A stretch of 54,163 nucleotides of DNA, taken from contig CADCOR010000321.1 in the NCBI GenBank assembly GCA_902803055.1, forward strand, positions 1-54,163, in the 5' to 3' direction. Shown here piece after piece: positions 8,222 through 17,242 of this stretch. A program made the translations under genes and the position numbers. How positions within the stretch are numbered: the first letter of the stretch is position 1; each line of letters starts with the position of its first letter. The stretch is from an uncultured Erysipelotrichaceae bacterium (GTDB lineage: Bacteria; Bacillota_I; Bacilli_A; Erysipelotrichales; Erysipelotrichaceae). Below the pieces are notes generated by a model. It ran no database searches. It saw nothing but the letters and a program-made list of their open reading frames with translations, and was not told where the DNA came from.

Positions 8222-9372
8222 TTCTTGCCCATCAGTTCCAGCAGTTCTTCCTCTTGCTTGGCACTTAAAGAGGTATTATTGCTGGTATCATAGACCGGAA
8301 GCTTGTCTTCCTTCTTGCCGCTTTGCGGTTCATAGAGCCATTGCAAAGCTTTTTCTGCCGTATCGATATCATTGCGATGCAGATCGGAAGCAGTCTTGGT
8401 CAGGTATTTTTCTACAAGTCTATTATCACAGTTTTTAAGTCCGTATTCCACCAGAACATTGATGACCGGAGCACTCAGATGATACTTCTGTGAAAGTTTG
8501 GAAAGCAGATAGCGGTCAGACTCTGTAACTTCCTTGCCATCCTGCAAAGACATCAGGAATCTGACACAAGGCACATCATATCTGCCCTGTTCAAGTTTCT
8601 CATAAGTTCCGTTTGACGCCATGCATGCCTTTTCCAGTTTTCGGATATCAAAGGAATCCGCATCAAAATCCGAAACCTGAGCCAGATAAACTCTCATCCG
8701 ATCATAGGAGACATCATAGAGATCACCAAAGACCGCGATCTTTTCAAGGTTGCTGCGGGTACGGAAGCGCAAAGGAAACAACGTCGGGGAGATATCCTTA
8801 AGAAAGACATTTATGTCAAAAAGCGTATTGAAATCATAGTTTTCTTTCTTCTTGCCCGTTCTCGCCTTTCTGATATAGGTCTCATCACTCCTGCTCCAGC
8901 TGGCCAAGGCATCCTGAGACAGTGTCTTAGAAACATTCTCATAATCGCGATGTTCCTCGGGCTGTACCAGTCCCGCAAGCAGATTCTGATAATGAGCACC
9001 GGAAGTCTTGAGAATGAAGCAGCGCACAAAGATATCATCCTTGATAAAGCTGTTCATATCCATCGGACCTTCCAGTACAAAGATGTAATGATCTTCTTTT
9101 TTTAGAGTCTTCAGCAGTCTGAACTCATTCATCTTGCCGCTGAGCATCTCAAACTGATCGATCGACAGATTGAGTTCACCAAGCAGATCATTGAGCCTGT
9201 TAAAACCGATCGAAGGACCTTTTAAAACCAGATACTGATAAAGATTCAGTGCTTCCGGTCCTAACAGCGGTCCATAGAAAAAGATCAGTGATTTGAGTTT
9301 TTCACCGCTTAATTCAACATCAGTTTCGATCCGATAATAATCTTTTCCTAACATAGTATTACCTTCAGGCAT
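8218..9372 (-). CDS. dnaB: replication initiation and membrane attachment protein (Bacillus-type DnaB, DnaD-like domains)
   Basis: 384 aa. Position between coaE and dnaI plus DnaD/DnaB_2-like repeats (YLLSKLSQKYHLSAPVINVLVEY). The true start could be Met7 at 9354. Confidence 0.7.
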   Translation of the reverse strand: MPEGNTMLGKDYYRIETDVELSGEKLKSLIFFYGPLLGPEALNLYQYLVLKGPSIGFNRLNDLLGELNLSIDQFEMLSGKMNEFRLLKTLKKEDHYIFVLEGPMDMNSFIKDDIFVRCFILKTSGAHYQNLLAGLVQPEEHRDYENVSKTLSQDALASWSRSDETYIRKARTGKKKENYDFNTLFDINVFLKDISPTLFPLRFRTRSNLEKIAVFGDLYDVSYDRMRVYLAQVSDFDADSFDIRKLEKACMASNGTYEKLEQGRYDVPCVRFLMSLQDGKEVTESDRYLLSKLSQKYHLSAPVINVLVEYGLKNCDNRLVEKYLTKTASDLHRNDIDTAEKALQWLYEPQSGKKEDKLPVYDTSNNTSLSAKQEEELLELMGKK

Positions 9373-9908
9373 TCATCGATCGCCCGATAGAGATCTTCAA
9401 GGCTGCCGTTATTGCTGATAAGGATATCAGCGCGCTTCTTCTTTTCTTCGACACTCATCTGGGCACTTAACCTGGCTTTTATTTCTTCTTCTTTCAGGCC
9501 TCTTTCGATCAGCCTTCTGATCAGGATCTTCTCATCACTGCAGATCAGGATATTGTGATCAAAATAGATATCCCAGCCGCTTTCAAACAGCAAGGGCACT
9601 TCCGCAAATAAAGGATCATCCTTTCTGGCATTAAGTTTATTGAGGATCAGCGGATGCATGATCCCTTCCAGCTCTTTTCTTTTCTGATCATCAGAAAAGA
9701 CCAGTGCTGACAGTTTTTTCTTATTCAGTTCATCTTCCTCAAAACACTCGGGAAAATGCTTTCTGACTTCCAGATAGCCTTCATTGCCCTTTTCAAGCAG
9801 TCTGGCATTCTCTGCGTCGCAATCAAAGACGTTATAGCCGATCGATCGCAGATAATTACAGGCCTCACTCTTTCCAGAGCCGATACTGCCGCTGACCGCA
9901 ATCTTCAT
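9348..9908 (-). CDS. coaE: dephospho-CoA kinase
   Basis: MKIAVSGSIGSGKSEA P-loop. I chose the start at 9908 because it forms an ATGA overlap with the mutM stop. The ORF track extends to 9926. Confidence 0.85.
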   Translation of the reverse strand: MKIAVSGSIGSGKSEACNYLRSIGYNVFDCDAENARLLEKGNEGYLEVRKHFPECFEEDELNKKKLSALVFSDDQKRKELEGIMHPLILNKLNARKDDPLFAEVPLLFESGWDIYFDHNILICSDEKILIRRLIERGLKEEEIKARLSAQMSVEEKKKRADILISNNGSLEDLYRAIDECLKVILC

Positions 9909-10720
9909 GATTTGAGCACCTGGCACTTTTCACAGAAATAGGTGCCTCGTCCTCCGACCGCGATCTTGGTGATTTTACTGTCACAAAGCGGACATTTTTC
10001 CATGGTATGTACGCTCAGGCTCAGCTGGAAGCGGCCGGTCACTCCTAACGATGAAGTGTATGATCTGATCGTCGTACCTCCGGCTTTGATCGCTCTTTTC
10101 AGGATCTGGCGGGTTTGCTTTATCAGCCTTTTCATGTCCTCTTCATCAAGACAATTGCCGGGTGTCAAGGGATGAATTCTGATCGCAAACAGGATCTCAT
10201 CGGCATAGATGTTGCCTATGCCTGCCACAAAGCTCTGATCTAGCAGGATCGATTTGATCGGCAGCTTTCTCCTGCTTAATTCATTCCGGCAGTAAGCCAC
10301 CGAGAAGTCTTTGGAAAAAGGTTCCGGACCAAGATCCTTGAAATCATCATAGCTATCACTTTTTTCGATCAGTTCCATGCGCCCGAACTTGCGCACATCA
10401 TTATAGCGCAATTGCTTGCCATCACTCAGATAGAAGATGACGTGATCGTGCTTGCTAAGAGGAACGCTCTCATCAAGAATGAAATACTTGCCTTCCATCC
10501 TGAGATGCGACACCAGCGTGATGTCATCCATTTCAAAAAGCAGATATTTCCCTCTTCTTTTGAAGTCGCGAAAATGCTGGCCGATCAGTTTTTGCTTAAA
10601 AGTTTTTTCTTTTTCCTCAACGATCGGTTTATAAAGGATTTTTATATCAACGATCTCAAGATCTCTGATTCTGCTTTCCAGAGTATCAAGGACAGTCTGT
10701 ACTTCCGGCAATTCAGGCAT
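9905..10720 (-). CDS. mutM: formamidopyrimidine-DNA glycosylase
   Basis: 271 aa. N-terminal MPELPEV and C-terminal zinc finger CPLCDSKI..FCEKCQ. Confidence 0.95.
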   Translation of the reverse strand: MPELPEVQTVLDTLESRIRDLEIVDIKILYKPIVEEKEKTFKQKLIGQHFRDFKRRGKYLLFEMDDITLVSHLRMEGKYFILDESVPLSKHDHVIFYLSDGKQLRYNDVRKFGRMELIEKSDSYDDFKDLGPEPFSKDFSVAYCRNELSRRKLPIKSILLDQSFVAGIGNIYADEILFAIRIHPLTPGNCLDEEDMKRLIKQTRQILKRAIKAGGTTIRSYTSSLGVTGRFQLSLSVHTMEKCPLCDSKITKIAVGGRGTYFCEKCQVLKS

Positions 10721-13296
10721 TATTTAGCCTCATACCAGTCCTTGCCGATGGCTAAAGAAGAATCAAGTCTTGTCTTCATCTTATAGGCATTAGACATCAG
10801 TTCCGGTATCATCACTTTCATTTTTTCTATTTCATCTTCCGGCACATCAAAGATCAGTTCATCATGGACCTGCAGCAGCAGCCTGGACTCCAGTTTTTCA
10901 CTCTTAAGCAGTTCACTGGCTTTAACCATCGCAATCTTTATAAGATCAGCTGCCGAGCCTTGGATCGTCGCATTCATCGCTGCCCGCTTGCCGAATTCTC
11001 TGACCATGTAATTACGGTCGTTGATCTCATTAATGTAACGGCGGCGGTTAAGCATTGTCTTGACGTAGCCGTTATCCTTGCAGAATTCGACCTGGGCATC
11101 AAGATATTTCTTTATATTCGGATAGGTGACAAAGTAATCTTCAATAAACTTCTTCGCATCCTTGACGGACAGATTAGTCTGATTGGACAGTCCGAAATCG
11201 GAAATGCCATAGACGACACCGAAATTGATCGCCTTCGCATTTCTTCTGATCGTATCAGTTACTTCTTCGGCGCTTAGACCAAAGATATCCATCGCTGTCT
11301 TGGTGTGAATATCTATGCCGTTATTGAAGGCATCGATCATCTTTTTCTCATCAGCGAGTGAAGAAAGGACTCTGAGCTCGACCTGCGAATAGTCACAGCT
11401 CATCAGATAATGACCTTCCTTAGGCTTGAAAGCTCTGCGGATCTCTCTTCCTTCATCATCACGTACCGAAATGTTCTGCAGATTCGGATCATAGCTGGAC
11501 AGTCTGCCGGTCTGGGTGATCATCTGTGAGAAGATCGTATGGATCTTGCCATCAGGCCTAATGTACTTTTTCAATCCTTCCGCATAGGTCGAGTAGAGCT
11601 TGGTATATTTGCGGTAATCGAGAATATCCGCAATGATCGGATGATATTCAGAAAGTTTGATCAGGATATCCGCATTGGTAGAACCTTTCTTCAGATCAGG
11701 CAGTTCCATTTCACCATATAAGACTTCCGCAAGCTGCTTAGGTGAAGAGATATTGAATTCATGTCCGGCATAGCGATAGATCTTCTGTTCATACAGATCG
11801 ATCTTTTTCCTGGTGTTCAAAGCAATCTGGTCAAGTTCAGCCACATCACAATAGACGCCCTCTTCTTCCATCGCATAAAGTACATCGATCAAAGGCAGTT
11901 CGATATCTTCATATAAAGAGACCATATCCTTCTCTTTCAGTTCTTTTTTGACTTTATCTTTGATCTTCTCTGCAGCAGAAGCGATCTGCGCTCCATAAGC
12001 AGCGAGCATTTCCTTATCCGGATTTAAAGGTTTCTTGATCGTACCGAAGATGTTCTTGACGTCTTCGATCGCGCCAAAACCATAATTCATGATAATGGCT
12101 GCCAGATCGGTATTATAGTTATTGGACAAAAAGCACATGAGCCAGATGTCATCCGTGCCTTCTCCAGTGAAATTGATTCCGTTATAATTCAAGGCATGTT
12201 TCAAAGCCTTGAGATCATAGACGCATTTGGCTTTCTTATCAGAAAGATAGGAAAGAGCTTTGACATCATTTTTCAGATCATCAAGATCAATGTATTCACA
12301 TTTGCCTTTTTTCGCAAAACAGGCACCGTAAATCTTCCTTTCATAGTAGGAAAACTCATCGGAAACAAAATAGATGAACGCATCATCAAGCAGTTCATCA
12401 GAAACGTTCCTGACGATCTTCACGCTGCTTTTCTTCTTTTCGCTCACCGGTTCATCCTTGCGGATCAGTGAGTACATTTCATACTGTTCAAAGAAACTGT
12501 TTCTGCCATCATTATCGATGGCCAGTTTGAGTTCAGCAAGATCTTTGTCGATCGCCACGTCAGTCTTGATCGTAGCCAGCTGTTTGGAAAGGAAACAGGA
12601 GTCCTTGTCTCTGATCAGTTTCTCCTGCAGTTTGCCTTTGATCTCATCGATGTGCTCATAGATGCCTTCACAGGTGTCATAATCATTCAACAGTTTGACT
12701 GCTGTCTTGTCACCAACTCCTTCAACACCCTTGACATTGTCTGACTTATCACCAGCCAGCCCTTTATAATCGATGATCTGATAAGGCTTTAAGCCATATT
12801 CTTCCTTTAATGCTGCTTCATCCATTTTAGCGATATCCGACATGCCTTTTCTCATGACGTAGACCGAAGTCGTATCATCGATCAGCTGCAGCATATCGCG
12901 GTCAGACGACAGGATGCAGGTCTCCATATCGTATTTCTTGGCTAAAGAGCCGATGATATCATCAGCTTCGATCGTATCGTATTCAAGATATGGAATATTG
13001 TAGGCCTTAAGCATGTCCCTGACTAAAGGAAACTGCATGGCCAGCTCTTCCGGCGTCTCTTTTCTTCCCGCCTTATAATCAGGAGCGATATCATGTCTGA
13101 AAGTGTGCTTGCCCTTATCAAAAGCTACCGCACAGTAATCAGGTTCAATCGTTCTGATCGCCTTGTTCAGCATATTCGCAAAAGCGTATATCGCATTCGT
13201 ATATACGCCTTTTGAAGTCTTCATGATATTTCCGTAACTTGTCGCATAATAGGCCCGAAACAAAACGGAATTGCCATCGATCAATAACAGTTTCAT
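10720..13296 (-). CDS. polA: DNA polymerase I
   Basis: 858 aa. 5'-nuclease domain (LLIDGNSVLFRAYYA) and polymerase motifs DYSQVELRVL and QVHDEL. Confidence 0.97.
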   Translation of the reverse strand: MKLLLIDGNSVLFRAYYATSYGNIMKTSKGVYTNAIYAFANMLNKAIRTIEPDYCAVAFDKGKHTFRHDIAPDYKAGRKETPEELAMQFPLVRDMLKAYNIPYLEYDTIEADDIIGSLAKKYDMETCILSSDRDMLQLIDDTTSVYVMRKGMSDIAKMDEAALKEEYGLKPYQIIDYKGLAGDKSDNVKGVEGVGDKTAVKLLNDYDTCEGIYEHIDEIKGKLQEKLIRDKDSCFLSKQLATIKTDVAIDKDLAELKLAIDNDGRNSFFEQYEMYSLIRKDEPVSEKKKSSVKIVRNVSDELLDDAFIYFVSDEFSYYERKIYGACFAKKGKCEYIDLDDLKNDVKALSYLSDKKAKCVYDLKALKHALNYNGINFTGEGTDDIWLMCFLSNNYNTDLAAIIMNYGFGAIEDVKNIFGTIKKPLNPDKEMLAAYGAQIASAAEKIKDKVKKELKEKDMVSLYEDIELPLIDVLYAMEEEGVYCDVAELDQIALNTRKKIDLYEQKIYRYAGHEFNISSPKQLAEVLYGEMELPDLKKGSTNADILIKLSEYHPIIADILDYRKYTKLYSTYAEGLKKYIRPDGKIHTIFSQMITQTGRLSSYDPNLQNISVRDDEGREIRRAFKPKEGHYLMSCDYSQVELRVLSSLADEKKMIDAFNNGIDIHTKTAMDIFGLSAEEVTDTIRRNAKAINFGVVYGISDFGLSNQTNLSVKDAKKFIEDYFVTYPNIKKYLDAQVEFCKDNGYVKTMLNRRRYINEINDRNYMVREFGKRAAMNATIQGSAADLIKIAMVKASELLKSEKLESRLLLQVHDELIFDVPEDEIEKMKVMIPELMSNAYKMKTRLDSSLAIGKDWYEAK

Positions 13297-14319
13297 TTAT
13301 TCCTCTTCTATCACTTCTTCCTGTACAACGCTCTCCTGAGCTGATGAAGCGATACTTTCAAGAACGGAAAGGTTTTCATACATTAAAGACAGATAATCCT
13401 TGCCCGATTCGATCTCCGAATTGGTAAGTGAGGAGATATTGCGCAAAGTGATCCTCTTGAGACCGAGTTCTTCTTCCAGCTGAGTACAGAGTTCCTGCAT
13501 CTTCTCAGGCATATTCGGTTCATAGGCAATGAACTTCACTTCATCACTTCTGATCCTGTTCTTGATTACTTCCAGCTGCTCATTATTAGGCAAAGCGCCG
13601 TATTTGGACAGGCAGACCGGATAGACCTGGAAACCGAAGTCCTTCTGCCAGCAGCCAAAGGAACCTGTCATGGAGACGAATTTGATCGATTTGTTTTCTT
13701 TGACAAGTCTGCTCGCCAAAGTCTGATAAGCTGCATCAAGGGCGATCAGATCATCAGCGACCTGCTGGTAGTTTTCCTTGAAATATGCCGACTGTTCAAC
13801 ATAGTTGTTGGACAGATAATCATAGACATCCTTGGCCATGCAATACATGCCGGATGGAGAAAGCCAGATAAACGGGTCAAGATCATAGACATCCATTTCC
13901 GCAAAGACTTTTTCATCATAATACGGTCCTTCGACATAAGTGACCTTGCCATCGACAACGACCGGCGTATAGCGTTTGTATTCATAAAGACAATTCAGGA
14001 TGGAAAGATCACCAGCCGATAGATCAATGCCCATTTCCTTGATCTGGTCATCATACAGATCCATATAAGGCTCAAGTCCGCCGATATGAAAGAGCACTGA
14101 AGAATCTTCGATGATCTCCTGATAGTTTTCACTCAGATTGGCGATCTGCACGAGAGCTTTGTTCTGGATCGAGACCGTCTCAATGCGGTTGCCGCCGATC
14201 CTGCTTAAAAGATAGCCGATCGGATAGATCGTATATGATGTATAGTGTTTGACATTGCTGCAGGCACTTAACATGAAGACCGTTAAGACAATGACTAATA
14301 TTTTTCTGAAAGCTTTCAT
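13297..14319 (-). CDS. TroA/ZnuA-fold (cluster-9-like) lipoprotein, apparently without metal ligands
   Basis: 340 aa. Signal peptide plus lipobox (FMLSAC). Co-linear with PsaA/ZnuA-type SBPs (HIGGLEPYMD, LDPFIWLSPSG, acidic C-tail). No adjacent ABC partner genes. Confidence 0.55.
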   Translation of the reverse strand: MKAFRKILVIVLTVFMLSACSNVKHYTSYTIYPIGYLLSRIGGNRIETVSIQNKALVQIANLSENYQEIIEDSSVLFHIGGLEPYMDLYDDQIKEMGIDLSAGDLSILNCLYEYKRYTPVVVDGKVTYVEGPYYDEKVFAEMDVYDLDPFIWLSPSGMYCMAKDVYDYLSNNYVEQSAYFKENYQQVADDLIALDAAYQTLASRLVKENKSIKFVSMTGSFGCWQKDFGFQVYPVCLSKYGALPNNEQLEVIKNRIRSDEVKFIAYEPNMPEKMQELCTQLEEELGLKRITLRNISSLTNSEIESGKDYLSLMYENLSVLESIASSAQESVVQEEVIEEE

Positions 14320-14326
14320 TCTTTAA

Positions 14327-14944
14327 TTATACCTTTTCAAGCTGATATTTGGCGTAGTAGATAGGCTTGCCTTCCTTGACGAATTTGGCCTGATAAGCCG
14401 TCATCGGTTCATTATCCCGATAATAATTCCGATCACTTTCCACAAGAACGAAATTTGATTCTTCAAAATAGGACAGCGAGTCATCATAAAAGGCTTCATT
14501 GTCTGTTTTGAAGATGATGGATCCTTTATCCTTAAGGATCATTTCATACTTTTTTAATAATGGCGGATAAGTGAGACGCCTCTTGTGCGTGCGCTTCTTT
14601 GGCCAGGGATCGGAGAAATGCAGATAGATCAGATCGATGCTGTCTTTATCACAGATCTCCTCAATATTATTCGCGTCTGCCAAGATGACCTTGAAGTTTT
14701 CAAGCTGTTTATCTCTGGCCTTCTGGATGGCTCTGGCCACACAGGTCTCTTCCTTCTCAAGACCGATATAACAGATATCTGAATTCTGCTCTGCTGACGC
14801 GGTAATGAAATCTCCCATGCCCATTCCGATCTCGATATATAAAGGCTTTTCTGAAACAAATCCTTTAAGATCACTGATCAGATACTCTTTTTCGTTTTCC
14901 AGAAACGGAGATACCCATTTCTTCTTTCGCATGCGCATATTCAT
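14327..14944 (-). CDS. trmB: tRNA (guanine46-N7)-methyltransferase
   Basis: 205 aa. SAM motif IEIGMGMGDF, then LHFSDPWPKKRHHKRR-like LHFSDPWPKKRTHKRR. Confidence 0.9.
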   Translation of the reverse strand: MNMRMRKKKWVSPFLENEKEYLISDLKGFVSEKPLYIEIGMGMGDFITASAEQNSDICYIGLEKEETCVARAIQKARDKQLENFKVILADANNIEEICDKDSIDLIYLHFSDPWPKKRTHKRRLTYPPLLKKYEMILKDKGSIIFKTDNEAFYDDSLSYFEESNFVLVESDRNYYRDNEPMTAYQAKFVKEGKPIYYAKYQLEKV

Positions 14945-15015
14945 ATTATAAACGAATAATAGAGTGTTAAGAAAAACAAAAACAGTTAAAATATTGCTGA
15001 AGAGAGGTGAAAACC

Positions 15016-16092
15016 ATGAATAAAGAAAGAATCACAAAAGTATTAGATCAGGCACGGGATATGGACGCCCTTTTGTTAAGTGATCCTTATGCCATATATT
15101 ATCTTATTGGAAAAAAGATAGCTCCAGGTGAAAGATTTCTTGGCCTGCTGCTGCAGAAAGATAAAGCACCTGTTCTTTTCCTGAATATCTTATTTCCTTT
15201 TGATGAGATGGAAGGCCTGAAGATCGTAAGCTATTCCGATACTGATGAGCTCACCGCGGTTTTACAGCCTCATTTTGATCCCAGCTGGATCTTAGGTGTA
15301 GATAAGACACTGGCCGCCCGCTTCCTTTTGCCGATCATCAAAAACAAGCTCGTCAAAGACTGTGTCTTAGGTTCACGCGCTGTCGATAAAGTCAGAGCGG
15401 TTAAAGATGAAAGCGAAAAAGAGCTGATGCGCAAGGCTTCAAAAATAAATGATGAAGCCATGGCCATTTTCAAGACGCTGATCAGGGATGGCATAAGCGA
15501 AAAAGAGGTCGCTGCACAATTGCCTGCTATCTATAAGAGACTCGGAGCAGATGACAATTCCTTTGACGCGATCATTGCTTTCGGCAAAAATGCCGCCGAT
15601 CCCCATCACATGCCTGATGATACGATCGTCAAGCAAGGCGATGCGGTCCTGTTTGATGTCGGCTGTCTATATAAGGGATACTGCTCTGATATGACCAGGA
15701 CATTCTTCTACAAGAAAGAACCTGATGAAGCTCAGAAAAAGATCTACAGCCTCGTTAAAAACGCCAATGAAGAAGCCGAAAAGATGATCAAAGCCGGTGT
15801 AAAACTCTGTGATATCGACAAAAAAGCCCGTGATATCATTACTGAAGGCGGCTACGGTCCCTATTTTACTCATCGTCTGGGTCACTTCATCGGTATTGAA
15901 GTTCATGAATACGGCGATGTCTCTTCGTCATTCAATGATCTGACTCAGGCCGGCAATACCTTCTCGATCGAACCGGGCATCTACTATCCGGAAATTCTCG
16001 GCTGCCGCATTGAAGATCTGGTCTTAGTTACCGAAGATGGCGTTGAAGTCCTCAACAGCTACCCTCATGATATTGAAATAATAGGATTATAA
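15016..16092 (+). CDS. M24-family Xaa-Pro peptidase
   Basis: Creatinase-like N-domain plus pita-bread motifs (DVGCLYKGYCSDMTRT, HRLGHFIGIEVHE, SIEPGIY, IEDLV). I chose the ATG at 15016 because the track's GTG at 15007 sits inside the SD agaggtg. Confidence 0.85.
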   Translation: MNKERITKVLDQARDMDALLLSDPYAIYYLIGKKIAPGERFLGLLLQKDKAPVLFLNILFPFDEMEGLKIVSYSDTDELTAVLQPHFDPSWILGVDKTLAARFLLPIIKNKLVKDCVLGSRAVDKVRAVKDESEKELMRKASKINDEAMAIFKTLIRDGISEKEVAAQLPAIYKRLGADDNSFDAIIAFGKNAADPHHMPDDTIVKQGDAVLFDVGCLYKGYCSDMTRTFFYKKEPDEAQKKIYSLVKNANEEAEKMIKAGVKLCDIDKKARDIITEGGYGPYFTHRLGHFIGIEVHEYGDVSSSFNDLTQAGNTFSIEPGIYYPEILGCRIEDLVLVTEDGVEVLNSYPHDIEIIGL

Positions 16093-16094
16093 AA

Positions 16095-17177
16095 ATGAAA
16101 AAAGTACTGATCCTGACCTCGATCAAGACCGGTTCCGGTCACCGATCCTCGTCAAACGCCATAGAAAAGAAACTCAAAGACAAGGGTTTCGAGACTAAAC
16201 AACTCGATGTTTTTCCTTTGATGGGCAGAATGGGCAATCTGATGGAAAACTCCTACATCCCTTTGACGACCAAGAGTCCTTTAGTCTACTACTTCTGTCA
16301 GAGAGTATCAGAGTTTTTTCCCTGGTTCATTCATACGCAGATGTATTATCGGGTCAGAAAAAACCTGTTAAAGGAAATTGAAGAATTCAAACCTGATCTG
16401 ATCATATCTGTGCAGTGCATGTTCACTAAATCAATCTCCTATCTGATCAGAAAATACGCTTTGAACATTCCGTTCTATATCGGCGTCATCGATCTGGTAG
16501 ATCCGCCTTCTGTCTGGCGGGACAAGAAAGCCGACATCAGCTTTGTGCCGACCGAAGCGATCAGAAAAGATTATCTGAGAAGAGGCTTTGACGCAGATAA
16601 GGTCATGGTGGCTGGCTTCCCGGTCAGAGATGATATCAATATTCCCAAAAGACCTAAAACGGTTACTTATCCGATCCGCATCCTGATGGTCAACACTTCG
16701 ACTAATCTGAATAAAAATCTGAAGTTTCTTAGTGAAGTGATGCGTCTGGATAATGTCTCAATTGATTTTGTCTGCGGTCTCGATGAACCGCTTCATAAAG
16801 CTTTGCTTAACTTGCAGGAAGAAGGCAAGCTCAAGGACAATGTGACGATCCATGGCTATGTCGACAATATGAATGATTATCTCAACAACGCTCACATCGT
16901 ATTAACCAAAGCTGGACCTAACGTCATCGTCGAAGCGATCCGCAGCTGTACCGTTATCGTCGTTACCGGTCATATTCATGGACAGGAGGACAATAATTAC
17001 CGCTATGTTGTCGATCATGGCTGCGGCATCAAATGTGAAGATCCCGCAAAGATCTACGATGCCTTGCACGAGCTGATAACCACCTCCAGACTTCAGGAGT
17101 GTCTTGACAGCATCTATCGCCACGAAATAAATGACGGTGCAGAATTCATAGCTGAATACGCCCGCAAGCACATATAA
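16095..17177 (+). CDS. MGDG-synthase/UgtP-like diacylglycerol glycosyltransferase (GT28-like)
   Basis: 360 aa. N-terminal KVLILTSIKTGSGHRSSSNAIEKKL and C-terminal GT-B half (LTKAGPNVIVEA). Confidence 0.65.
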   Translation: MKKVLILTSIKTGSGHRSSSNAIEKKLKDKGFETKQLDVFPLMGRMGNLMENSYIPLTTKSPLVYYFCQRVSEFFPWFIHTQMYYRVRKNLLKEIEEFKPDLIISVQCMFTKSISYLIRKYALNIPFYIGVIDLVDPPSVWRDKKADISFVPTEAIRKDYLRRGFDADKVMVAGFPVRDDINIPKRPKTVTYPIRILMVNTSTNLNKNLKFLSEVMRLDNVSIDFVCGLDEPLHKALLNLQEEGKLKDNVTIHGYVDNMNDYLNNAHIVLTKAGPNVIVEAIRSCTVIVVTGHIHGQEDNNYRYVVDHGCGIKCEDPAKIYDALHELITTSRLQECLDSIYRHEINDGAEFIAEYARKHI

Positions 17178-17180
17178 AAA

Positions 17181-17225
17181 AGGGTCACCCTGAAATCATT
17201 GATTTCATAGAGGTGACTCTTTTTA
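17181..17225. terminator. bidirectional terminator between the glycosyltransferase and pnp
   Basis: agggtcacc ... ggtgactct stem with an inner tgaaatca/tgatttca pairing, flanked by an A-run and a T-run. Confidence 0.55.
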
Positions 17226-17242
17226 AATACTCTGATTAAGGC

